From an uncultured Nocardioidaceae bacterium (lineage in GTDB: Bacteria > Actinomycetota > Actinomycetes > Propionibacteriales > Nocardioidaceae): a DNA stretch of 46,757 nt. The position numbers and the translations under genes are program-made. Shown here in pieces: positions 28,523 through 36,435 of this stretch. The first letter of the stretch is position 1. Each line of letters begins with the position of its first letter. The stretch covers positions 1 to 46,757 of the forward strand of contig CAYLOC010000001.1 in NCBI GenBank assembly GCA_964385195.1. The letters run 5' to 3'. Below the pieces are notes generated by a model. The model worked only from the letters and a program-made list of their open reading frames with translations. It was not told the origin of the DNA and made no database searches.

Positions 28523-28560
28523 AAGGGCCGGGTAACGGCGAATAGCCCGGCCCTTTCTCC
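28523..28560 (+). terminator. terminator-like hairpin in the purS / LLM divergent region
   Basis: AAGGGCCGGG - 13 nt - CCCGGCCCTT followed by TCTCC (a weak U tract on the plus strand; none on the minus strand). Confidence 0.3.
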
Positions 28561-28605
28561 CTGTCCCCTTGCTCCCTTTGCACTTTCTGCCTGGCCCCTT
28601 GCTCC
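28553..28605. repeat. two 23-nt direct repeats with 30-nt period
   Basis: CTTTCTCCCTGTCCCCTTGCTCC (28553-28575) and CTTTCTGCCTGGCCCCTTGCTCC (28583-28605), 21/23 identical. Pyrimidine-rich on the plus strand. Confidence 0.8.
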
Positions 28606-28653
28606 TGGCCACGATCAGGTGCCGGTCTGCCGGTGGCTAGGCTTGAGGCTGTC

Positions 28654-29673
28654 ATGGCCTCCCCCGCGTCACCGCTGCCACTGTCCGTCCTCGACTTCGT
28701 CGGCATCGAGTACGGCGAGCCAGCCAGCGCGTCGATCGCCGGCGCCGTCGACGTAGCCCGGGCCGTCGAGGAGGCCGGGTACCGCCGGTACTGGGTGTCG
28801 GAGCATCACAACATGCGGAGCCTGGCGTGTACCGCCCCGGAGATCCTGATCAGCCACATCGCCGCGCACACCCAACGGATCCGGGTCGGCGCGGCCGGGA
28901 TCATGCTGCCCAACCACTCGCCGTACAAGGTGGCGGAGATGTTCCGGACGCTGCTCGCGGCGTACCCGGGCCGGATCGACCTCGGGCTGGGTCGCGCCCC
29001 CGGCACGGACCCGCTGACCGCGCACGTGCTCCGCCGTGGCATCGACGTCGACCCGGGGGCGGAGTTCCCCGCGCAGGTGGCCGAGTTGCTGGCGTTCCTC
29101 GACGCGGGGCAGGACTTCCCGCCCGACCACCCCTACCGTCGGCTGCTCGCGGCACCCGAGGTGGACGAGCAGCCCGAGATCTTCATGCTCGGCTCCAGCC
29201 AGTACGGACCGAAGTTCGCCGCGGTCAACGGGATGACGGCCGTCTTCGCCCACCACATGAGCCCGGACATCGCGTTCGACCTGCTGCGGCAGTACCGGAC
29301 GGAGTTCCAGCCCCGGCGGGAGGGCGACACGCCGTACTCGGCGATGTCGGTCCTCGCGTTTGCCAGCGACGACGAGACCGACGTGATGGAGTTCGAGGCG
29401 GGTTGGACCCTGACGATGCACAACCTACGGCGCAACATCCGGGAACCGCTGCGTCCGGAGGAGGTCACCGAGTTCGCCCGCTCCGAGGAGTTCCGCAGTC
29501 AGCGCCGGGGCCCGGACTCCCGGATGGTGACCGGACCCGCGCCGGAGGTGGTGCAGCGGCTCCGTGCCATGCGTGAGCAGGCCGAGGCCGATGAGCTGGT
29601 GATCGTGACCCCGAGCATCGGCCGCAACCGCCGGATCACCAGTTACCGCCAGATCGCCGACGCCTGGCGCTGA
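28654..29673 (+). CDS. LLM-class flavin-dependent oxidoreductase (luciferase-like monooxygenase family)
   Basis: LSVLDFVG..., YRRYWVSEHHNM, LPNHSPYKVAE and IDLGLGRAPG are typical of the YhbW-like LLM subgroup. ATG 28654 has GAGG 6 nt upstream. Confidence 0.85.
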   Translation: MASPASPLPLSVLDFVGIEYGEPASASIAGAVDVARAVEEAGYRRYWVSEHHNMRSLACTAPEILISHIAAHTQRIRVGAAGIMLPNHSPYKVAEMFRTLLAAYPGRIDLGLGRAPGTDPLTAHVLRRGIDVDPGAEFPAQVAELLAFLDAGQDFPPDHPYRRLLAAPEVDEQPEIFMLGSSQYGPKFAAVNGMTAVFAHHMSPDIAFDLLRQYRTEFQPRREGDTPYSAMSVLAFASDDETDVMEFEAGWTLTMHNLRRNIREPLRPEEVTEFARSEEFRSQRRGPDSRMVTGPAPEVVQRLRAMREQAEADELVIVTPSIGRNRRITSYRQIADAWR

Positions 29674-29689
29674 CCCCTCCCCCAACCCC

Positions 29690-29760
29690 GACCGAACACC
29701 TCTCCCCCACCGAATCCGGCCGTTCTGACCCCGAAAACGGTGGGTCGGGGGTGTTCGGTC
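29690..29760. terminator. imperfect long hairpin between convergent genes (possible bidirectional terminator)
   Basis: GACCGAACACC...CCCACCG (29690-29712) pairs with CGGTGGG...GGTGTTCGGTC (29738-29760). No clear U tract. Overlaps the stop of the acyl-CoA synthetase. Confidence 0.35.
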
Positions 29761-31312
29761 AGGCGAGCTCGCGTTTGAGGATCTTTCCGGTGGCGGTCAT
29801 CGGGAGCTCGTCGCGGAACTCGACGGTGCGGGGATACTTGTACGCCGCCATCTGCTCCTTGCACCAGGCGACCAGGTCGGCCTCGGTGAGGTCGTCGTGG
29901 TCCTTCTCCCGGATCACGAACGCCTTGATCTCCTCGCCGTGCGCCTCATCCGGTACGCCGACCACGGCCACCAGTGACACCGCTGGGTGGGTGAGCATGA
30001 CCTCCTCCACCTCCCGCGGATACACGTTGAACCCGCCGCGGAGGATCATGTCCTTGGCGCGGTCGACGATGAAGTAGTACCCGTCCTCGTCACGGGTGGC
30101 AAGGTCGCCGGAGCGGAACCAGCCGTCCTGCATCACCGCCGCGGTCTCGTCCGGGCGCTTGTAGTAGCCCTTCATGATGTTGTGGCCGCGCATCGCGATC
30201 TCGCCGACCGCCCCGACCTCGGTGACCTCGTTCCAGTCCTCGTCGACCAGTGTGGCCTGCACGCCCCAGATCGGCGTCCCGATCGAGCCGGGCCGCGGGT
30301 CGCCCTCGCGCGGGGTGAACGTGGCCACCGGGGAGGTCTCCGACAGCCCGTACCCCTCCTGGATGTTGATGTGGAACCGGGACTTGATCTCCTTCAGGAT
30401 CTCCACCGGCAGCGGGGACCCACCGGAGGCAGCGAACCGGAGGTTGGCCGCGATCGTGTCCACGTCCACGTCGTCGGTCAGGGCACCGAGCAGACCCCAC
30501 CACATCGTGGGTACGCCGGCGAACGACGTCACGCCCTCGGCGACCATCAGCCGCAGCGCCTGCGCGGGGTCGAAGCGGGGCAGCATCACCAGGGTCCCGG
30601 CACCGAAGAACCCGCAGTTCATGACCACGGTCTGCCCGAAGGAGTGGAACAGCGGCAGGGCGAGCAGGTACACGTCGTACCCGGACTCCCGGGGCGCCGC
30701 GAGCTTGGCGGACTCGATGGCGTTGAACACCATGTTGGAATGGGTCAGCTCCGCGCCCTTCGGCTGTCCGGTCGTGCCGCTGGTGTAGAGGATGACCGCG
30801 GTGTCGCTTTCGCTGGTGGCCCGCGACTCGAACGTCGCCGGCCGGTCGGCGACGGCCGCGCCCAGCGTCTCCGCTCCCTCGATCGGCGACGCCGCGGCCG
30901 GGTCGGCGGTGATCAAGAAGAAGTGCTCGCAGGCCTCGGCCTCGCCGTACGCCTGCCACCCTGCCTGGCCCATCGGGAGCTCGGCGGTGCCTTCGAAGCA
31001 GAAGTACGCCTTGGCATCGGAGTCACGCAGGTGGTAGGCCACCTCGCGTGCCTTGAACAAGACGTTGAGCGGCACGACGACCGCTCCGGCCTTGAGGATG
31101 CCGTAGTAGACCATCGGGAAGAACGGCAGGTTCGGGCATGACAGCGCGACCTTGTCACCGGGCTCGATCCCGCGGTCGGTCAGCAGGTGCGCCACCTTGC
31201 TGGCCATCGCCTCGATCTGGGCGTAGGTGAAGCGGGAGTCGCCGAGCACGACCGCGTCGCGGTCAGGGAAGTTGCGGGCGCTGTCTTCCAGCATCACGGC
31301 GAGGTTCAACAT
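29759..31312 (-). CDS. long-chain acyl-CoA synthetase / AMP-dependent ligase
   Basis: AMP-binding motifs ILYTSGTTGQPKG and QEGYGLSETSP. Start trimmed to ATG 31312 (MLNLAVMLEDSARNFPDRDAVV) with GAAGGAGG upstream. The track ORF extension up to 31963 overlaps purC. Confidence 0.9.
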   Translation of the reverse strand: MLNLAVMLEDSARNFPDRDAVVLGDSRFTYAQIEAMASKVAHLLTDRGIEPGDKVALSCPNLPFFPMVYYGILKAGAVVVPLNVLFKAREVAYHLRDSDAKAYFCFEGTAELPMGQAGWQAYGEAEACEHFFLITADPAAASPIEGAETLGAAVADRPATFESRATSESDTAVILYTSGTTGQPKGAELTHSNMVFNAIESAKLAAPRESGYDVYLLALPLFHSFGQTVVMNCGFFGAGTLVMLPRFDPAQALRLMVAEGVTSFAGVPTMWWGLLGALTDDVDVDTIAANLRFAASGGSPLPVEILKEIKSRFHINIQEGYGLSETSPVATFTPREGDPRPGSIGTPIWGVQATLVDEDWNEVTEVGAVGEIAMRGHNIMKGYYKRPDETAAVMQDGWFRSGDLATRDEDGYYFIVDRAKDMILRGGFNVYPREVEEVMLTHPAVSLVAVVGVPDEAHGEEIKAFVIREKDHDDLTEADLVAWCKEQMAAYKYPRTVEFRDELPMTATGKILKRELA

Positions 31313-31332
31313 CGGCGGCAGCCTCCTTCGTC

Positions 31333-31376
31333 GGGTTGTCAGGCCGTCGCCGGGTGAGGGGCCACAGTCTGACACC
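31333..31376. repeat. possible decayed copy (D) of the palindromic repeat
   Basis: GGGTTGTCAGG...GGCCACAGTCTGACACC keeps TTGTCAG at the left and CCAC..TCTGACA.C at the right. Length is 44 nt instead of 50 and the interior is unrelated. Confidence 0.25.
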
Positions 31377-31383
31377 ACGGAGC

Positions 31384-32238
31384 CTACGTCGAGAAGCGGT
31401 GCCCCGTCAGCCGCTCGTACGCCTCGACGTACCGGGAGCGCGTCTTCTCGACCACGTCCGCGGGCAGTTCCGGCGGCGGCGTGTCGGAGTGCCGGTCCCA
31501 GCCGGACGCCGGCGAGGTGAGCCAGTCGCGCACGAACTGCTTGTCGTACGACGGCTGCGGGCGGCCCGGCTCCCAGGCGTCGGCGGGCCAGAACCGCGAG
31601 GAGTCCGGGGTGAGCACCTCGTCGGCGAGTACGACGGTCCCGTCGGCCCGCCGACCGAACTCCAGTTTCGTGTCGGCGAGGATGATCCCGCGGTCCCGGG
31701 CGAGCGTCTCGGCGCGGGCGTAGACACGCAGGGTCAGGTCGCGGAGGGTGGCTGCGGTGTCGGCACCGACCGCGGCCGCTACGTCGTCGAAGGACACGTT
31801 CTGGTCGTGGTCGCCCTGCGCGGCCTTGGTGGCCGGGGTGAACACCGGCTCCGGGAGCCGGGACCCGTCCAGGAGTCCGTCCGGCAGCGGCACTCCGCAG
31901 ACGGAGCCGGTGGCCTGGTAGTCGGCCAGCCCGGACCCGGTCAGGTAGCCACGGGCGACGCACTCCACCGGGTACATCTCCAGCCGCTCACAGACCACCG
32001 CTCTCCCGGCGAACTCCCCGGGAACGTCCGCGGAGACCACGTGGTTCGGCACCAGATCGGCGAGCTCCTCGAACCACCACAGCGACATCCGGGTGAGCAC
32101 CGTGCCCTTGTCCGGGATCGGGGTCGGCAGGACGTAGTCGTAGGCGGAGATGCGGTCCGAGGCGACCATCAGCAGCCGCCCCTCGGCGTACTCGTAGAGA
32201 TCGCGCACCTTGCCGGAGTAGACGTGACGCACACCCAC
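31384..32238 (-). CDS. purC: phosphoribosylaminoimidazole-succinocarboxamide synthase
   Basis: Motifs [11 protein letters not shown] and [17 protein letters not shown] start 32238. Confidence 0.93.
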   Translation of the reverse strand: MGVRHVYSGKVRDLYEYAEGRLLMVASDRISAYDYVLPTPIPDKGTVLTRMSLWWFEELADLVPNHVVSADVPGEFAGRAVVCERLEMYPVECVARGYLTGSGLADYQATGSVCGVPLPDGLLDGSRLPEPVFTPATKAAQGDHDQNVSFDDVAAAVGADTAATLRDLTLRVYARAETLARDRGIILADTKLEFGRRADGTVVLADEVLTPDSSRFWPADAWEPGRPQPSYDKQFVRDWLTSPASGWDRHSDTPPPELPADVVEKTRSRYVEAYERLTGHRFST

Positions 32239-32245
32239 ACCCTAC

Positions 32246-32295
32246 GAGTTGTCAGACGTTGAGCACGTCATGACGTGTCCCACTTCTGACAACTC
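32246..32295. repeat. 50-nt palindromic repeat, copy B
   Basis: GAGTTGTCAGACGTTGAGCACGTCATGACGTGTCCCACTTCTGACAACTC. Lies 7 nt upstream of the purC start and contains the last 14 codons and the stop of the MMPL gene. Confidence 0.9.
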
Positions 32296-34357
32296 CGATG
32301 CCGGTGAGGGCGGTGACCGCGGGGACGAGGACGCCGCGGACCACGGTGGCGTCGAGCAGGATCCCGATCCCCAACGTGGTGGCCATGACCTTGACGTCGA
32401 CGGCCGGAACCGCCGACAACGACACGAACGCCAGGAACAAGATCACCGCCGCGCCGGTCACCAGCCGCCCGACCCGCCCCAGGCCTTCGACCACAGCCGT
32501 ATGCAACGACCCGGACTCGTCATAGGTCTCGCGCATGCGGGAGAGGAGGAACACCTCGTAGTCCATCGAGAGGCCGAACAAGAACGCGAACGTGATCAGC
32601 GGCACCCAGAACGTGATCGAGCCCAGCGCGTGGTACCCGAACAGCAACTGCGAGCCGAACCCGTCCTGCCAGATCAGGACCGCGGCCCCGTACGCGGCGG
32701 CGATCGAGACGACGTTGAGCAGCACCGCCTGCGCGGCCAACCGGAACGAACGAAACGCCCGAGCCAGCAGCACGAACGCCACAGCGGCCACCACGACCAG
32801 CAGCCAGATGATGTTGCTGTACAACGCGTCGACGGCGTCGACGAGCTGCGCGCCGCTGCCACCGACCCTGGCCCGGGGGAAGCGCTCGGCGACCACGTCC
32901 CGGACCGTGGCCAGCGTGTCCTGCCCGGCGTCGGTGCTGGTCTCGTGGCGCGGGAGGACATCGACCAGCGCCGCCGGGGCTCCAGCGGCGGTCCCCGTTG
33001 CGGGCGTCGCCGCGAACACGCCGTCGACCCCGTCCAGCGTCGTCGCGACGCGCTGCGGATCCTCGCCACCGGGGACGAGCACCTCGATGGGCGTCAACAC
33101 GCCGCTCGGAACGCCGGTCGCGGACAGGTGCTGTACGGCGACCCGCGCCGGGCCGTCTCCGGGCAGCGCGTCCGAGGGCGCGGTACCCAGCCGGATCGTG
33201 GTCGCGGCCACCACCAGCGGTGCCAGCACCGCCAACGCCGCACCCGCCGCGACCCACCGGTGCCGTACCACCAGGCCGGCCCATCGTGTCCACACCCTGC
33301 CGGTACGGCGTGCACCGCGGCCGCGGGCGCGGCGGCGCGGCCAGTCCACGCGCGGGCCGACTTTCGACAGCAGCGCCGGCAGCAAGGTCAGCGTCACCAG
33401 GACGCTGACCGCGGGGATCAGCGCGCCGGCGTATCCGACGCTGCGCAGGAACGGCACCGGTACCAGCACCAGCACCACCAACCCCAGGGCAACGGTCACG
33501 CCGCTGAACACCACCGACCGGCCCGCCGTGGACATGGCGACGCGGACCGCATCATCGTTGTCCCGGCCACGGCCACGTTCCTCCCGCCACCGCGTCACCA
33601 GCAGCAGCGAGTAGTCGATCGCGACCCCGAGGCCGATCAAGGCGATGAGGAACTGCACCAGGAAGCTCACATCGGTGAACGTGGTCAACCCGAGCACCGC
33701 AAGGAACGTGGACAGGATCGACACCCCGGCCACCAGCATCGGCAGCAGCGCCAGCAGCGAGCCGAACACGAGCGCCAACACCACCAACGCTCCCCCCGCG
33801 GCAACCAGGGTCTCCACGAGTACGCCGGTGCTACCGCCGGACTCCGCCGCCTGGGCGCTGAGCTGGCTTACACCGGTGACGCGCACCGTCGTACCGGCCG
33901 GCAGGGCCTGGTCCAGTCGCTGTTGCACCAGATCGGCCAACGACGCGTTCTGGTCGCCGGGTGGCGGGTAGACCAGCGCGAAGACGGTCTGCCCGTGGTC
34001 GGCGATGAACGCATCGTCACCGGTGGTAGAGGAGGAGACCACGCGCAAGCGCGGATCCTCGTCCAGACGGGCGAAGGCCTTGACGAGTGACGATCGGACC
34101 GCGGGGTCGCTCGCCGTGTGGTCTCCCGACAGCGTGACCACGGGCACGAGCGGGGTCGTGGGGCCGCCGGTGCCGTAGTGCCGCAGGATGGCGGTGTTGG
34201 CCTCGTAGCCGGGCTGGCCCGGGAAGCTGAACTGCGTCGACAGCCGATCGGTGACGGAGGAGGAGGCCGCTACGCCGGCGACCAGCACCACCGACCAGAG
34301 CACCACCACGAGCAGCCGATGACCGAGTACGAAACGAGTGAGACGCTGCATGCCCAT
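32252..34357 (-). CDS. MMPL-family (RND superfamily) membrane transporter
   Basis: 701 aa in two homologous halves. Each half has a hydrophobic cluster followed by TRWREERGRG / LLSRMRETYDE type motifs. The last 14 codons (GVVRSGTRHDVLNV) are encoded by repeat copy B. Confidence 0.9.
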   Translation of the reverse strand: MGMQRLTRFVLGHRLLVVVLWSVVLVAGVAASSSVTDRLSTQFSFPGQPGYEANTAILRHYGTGGPTTPLVPVVTLSGDHTASDPAVRSSLVKAFARLDEDPRLRVVSSSTTGDDAFIADHGQTVFALVYPPPGDQNASLADLVQQRLDQALPAGTTVRVTGVSQLSAQAAESGGSTGVLVETLVAAGGALVVLALVFGSLLALLPMLVAGVSILSTFLAVLGLTTFTDVSFLVQFLIALIGLGVAIDYSLLLVTRWREERGRGRDNDDAVRVAMSTAGRSVVFSGVTVALGLVVLVLVPVPFLRSVGYAGALIPAVSVLVTLTLLPALLSKVGPRVDWPRRRARGRGARRTGRVWTRWAGLVVRHRWVAAGAALAVLAPLVVAATTIRLGTAPSDALPGDGPARVAVQHLSATGVPSGVLTPIEVLVPGGEDPQRVATTLDGVDGVFAATPATGTAAGAPAALVDVLPRHETSTDAGQDTLATVRDVVAERFPRARVGGSGAQLVDAVDALYSNIIWLLVVVAAVAFVLLARAFRSFRLAAQAVLLNVVSIAAAYGAAVLIWQDGFGSQLLFGYHALGSITFWVPLITFAFLFGLSMDYEVFLLSRMRETYDESGSLHTAVVEGLGRVGRLVTGAAVILFLAFVSLSAVPAVDVKVMATTLGIGILLDATVVRGVLVPAVTALTGIGVVRSGTRHDVLNV

Positions 34358-34483
34358 GACGCTAGAAAGTCAGCGGCCGCTGCGGAATGTGGTTACCTGG
34401 CCGGTTCGCGGTAGGGAAAACCCGATGTCGATACGCCGGTAAGCACCCTGGTACGTCGCTGCCCCGCCCAGCATGATGAGGTC

Positions 34484-35767
34484 ATGAACGCCTTTCGTCT
34501 GTTGGCTCGTCTCTTGGCGCCGCTGGTGCATCGGCGTACCTGGATGATCACCGGCTCTCTGCTGCTCGCCATGGTCACCGGCACGTTCTGGTTCATCGTG
34601 CTGAGTGTCGGGGTCACGTTCGGTGCGGGCACGTTGCTGATCTGGGTCGGCGTGGTCGTCCTGGCGGGGCTGCCGCTGGTGTGGCGGTACGGCGCCCGGA
34701 TCGAGCGGCGGGTGGTGTGGGCCCTCCTCGGGGTGCCGATCGACCCGCCGTACCGGCCGCTGCCCCGTGGCTCGGTGTTCACCCGCGCCCGGGTGGTCGC
34801 GGCGGACCCGGCGACGTGGAAGGACCTGGCCTACCTGCTGCTGCTGTTCCCGCTCGGAACCGTGTGGGCCGCGATCACCCTCGCTTTCTGGGGGTGGGGA
34901 CTGACCCTGCTCACCACACCGGCGTACTACTACGCGTTACCGGAGGGAGGCATCGGGTGGCTGGGGCTGGACCGGATCGCGCCGCCGGTGGACAGCCTGC
35001 CGCGGGCGGTGCTCGCGTGTGCTGTCGGGGCGCTGCTCACGATCGCAGCGCCGTACGTCGTCCGCGGGCTCGGCCACGTATACGGCCAGGTGGCGCGGGG
35101 ACTGCTGGGTCCGACCCCCGGTCAGCGAGTGGCCAACGAGGCCGCGCGGTTGCGGCACAGCCGAGACCGGGCGGTGGAGGCGGCCGCCGCCGAGCGGCGC
35201 CGGGTGGAGCGGGACTTGCACGACGGAGCGCAGCAACGCCTGATCTCGGTGGCGATGGACGTCGGGCTGGCGCGGCAGAAGCTCGCCGCGGACCCGCAAG
35301 CGGCCGACGACCTCCTCCGCTCCGCCCACTCCGACGCGAAGCAGGCGATCGCCGAGCTCCGGGACCTCGCCCGCGGACTGCGTCCGGCCATGCTCGCCGA
35401 ACACGGGCTGGACGCCGCACTGTCCGCGCTGGCCGGGCGGTCACCGGTCCCGGTGGAGGTAGACGTCGACCTCGACCGCCGTCCGCCCGCCACGATCGAG
35501 GAGGCGGCGTACTTTCTGGTGGCCGAGGCGCTGACCAACGTCGCCAAACACGCCGCGGCCAGCCGCGCATGGGTCCAGATCTCCTGTGCGAGCGGGAAGG
35601 TGCGGATCGAGGTCGGCGACGACGGCGCTGGCGGCGCATCGAGCGTTCCCGGCGGCGGGCTGGCCGGCCTGGCCGACCGGTTCGCCGGGCTGGACGGGAC
35701 CATGGACGTCATGAGCCCACCCGGAGGACCGACCGTGATCCGGGCGGAGTTGCCATGCGGGTCGTGA
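34484..35767 (+). CDS. sensor histidine kinase (HisKA_3 / NarL-partner type) with multi-span membrane sensor domain
   Basis: H box LHDGAQQRLISVAMD, N box AEALTNVAKHA and G box VGDDGAGG. The N-terminal ~190 aa are strongly hydrophobic. Confidence 0.9.
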   Translation: MNAFRLLARLLAPLVHRRTWMITGSLLLAMVTGTFWFIVLSVGVTFGAGTLLIWVGVVVLAGLPLVWRYGARIERRVVWALLGVPIDPPYRPLPRGSVFTRARVVAADPATWKDLAYLLLLFPLGTVWAAITLAFWGWGLTLLTTPAYYYALPEGGIGWLGLDRIAPPVDSLPRAVLACAVGALLTIAAPYVVRGLGHVYGQVARGLLGPTPGQRVANEAARLRHSRDRAVEAAAAERRRVERDLHDGAQQRLISVAMDVGLARQKLAADPQAADDLLRSAHSDAKQAIAELRDLARGLRPAMLAEHGLDAALSALAGRSPVPVEVDVDLDRRPPATIEEAAYFLVAEALTNVAKHAAASRAWVQISCASGKVRIEVGDDGAGGASSVPGGGLAGLADRFAGLDGTMDVMSPPGGPTVIRAELPCGS

Positions 35768-36426
35768 TCTGTGAGGACTCGGTCCTCCTCCGTGAGGGGT
35801 TGACGCGGCTGCTTGCCGAGGGCGGCCACGAGGTGGTCGCGGCCGTGGGCGACGCCGATGCCCTGATGGCGTCGGTCGAGGCTGATGCCCCGGAGCTGGC
35901 GCTGGTCGACGTACGCCTGCCGCCGACCCAGACGACCGAGGGTCTCCAAGCCGCACTTCGGATCCGCGCCGAACACACCGACGTCGCCGTCCTCGTCCTG
36001 TCGCAGTACGTCGAGGAGCGCTACGCCGTCGACCTGGTCGGGGGTGGGGACCGAGGCGTGGGGTATCTGCTGAAGGAGCGGGTGGCCGACGTCACCGAGT
36101 TCCTCGACGCCGTGGAGCGGGTCGGCCACGGCGGCACCGCCATCGACCCGGAGGTGGTAGCGCAGCTGCTTGGCCGGCGGCGGCGGGGCAGCCCGGTCGA
36201 CGCCCTCACACCCCGGGAACGGGAGGTGCTGGGCCTGATGGCCGAGGGACGGTCCAACGGGGGGATCGCGGAGGAGCTGGTGCTGACGCTGGGGGCGGTG
36301 GAGAAGCACGTCAGCAACGTCTTCACCAAGCTGCAGCTGGACGACGTCGCGACCGACAACCGCCGGGTCCGCGCCGTCCTCCGAGTTGTCAGAAGTGGAG
36401 CACGCTATGGCGGGTCCCACTTCTGA
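35755..36426 (+). CDS. NarL/LuxR-family response regulator
   Basis: Found in the C-terminal part of track ORF 34681-36426. ATG 35755 overlaps the kinase stop by 13 nt. Receiver domain MRVVICEDSVLLREGL...LALVDVRLPP and LuxR HTH LTPREREVLGLMAEGRSNGGIAEELVLTLGAVEKHVSNVFTKL. The last 14 codons (RVVRSGARYGGSHF) are encoded by repeat copy C. Confidence 0.9.
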   Translation: MRVVICEDSVLLREGLTRLLAEGGHEVVAAVGDADALMASVEADAPELALVDVRLPPTQTTEGLQAALRIRAEHTDVAVLVLSQYVEERYAVDLVGGGDRGVGYLLKERVADVTEFLDAVERVGHGGTAIDPEVVAQLLGRRRRGSPVDALTPREREVLGLMAEGRSNGGIAEELVLTLGAVEKHVSNVFTKLQLDDVATDNRRVRAVLRVVRSGARYGGSHF

Positions 36427-36432
36427 CAACTC
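36383..36432. repeat. 50-nt palindromic repeat, copy C
   Basis: GAGTTGTCAGAAGTGGAGCACGCTATGGCGGGTCCCACTTCTGACAACTC. 44/50 identical to copy B in direct orientation. Ends 3 nt before the purB stop codon. Confidence 0.9.
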
Positions 36433-36435
36433 GGG

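Noticed and set aside
28409-28612. 67-aa very basic ORF (MARSKGPGRKCKGSKGTGRKG...) on the minus strand, whose decapeptide repeat matches the 30-nt repeat period
   Set aside because: It uses many codons that are otherwise almost absent from genes in this window (AGA, AGG, AAA, ACA, CCA), has only a GTG start and no Shine-Dalgarno. Its second half runs through the hairpins. It is more likely non-coding repeats than a gene, though ribosome profiling could revisit this.
29759-31963. Long N-terminal extensions of track ORFs: acyl-CoA synthetase up to 31963, purD up to 43644, purM up to 19118, sugar-binding protein up to 10795, purB up to 37914
   Set aside because: The extensions overlap neighbouring real genes or hairpins and are Arg/Pro-rich. 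Family-typical N-termini with Shine-Dalgarno-like sequences occur at internal ATG or GTG codons, which I used.
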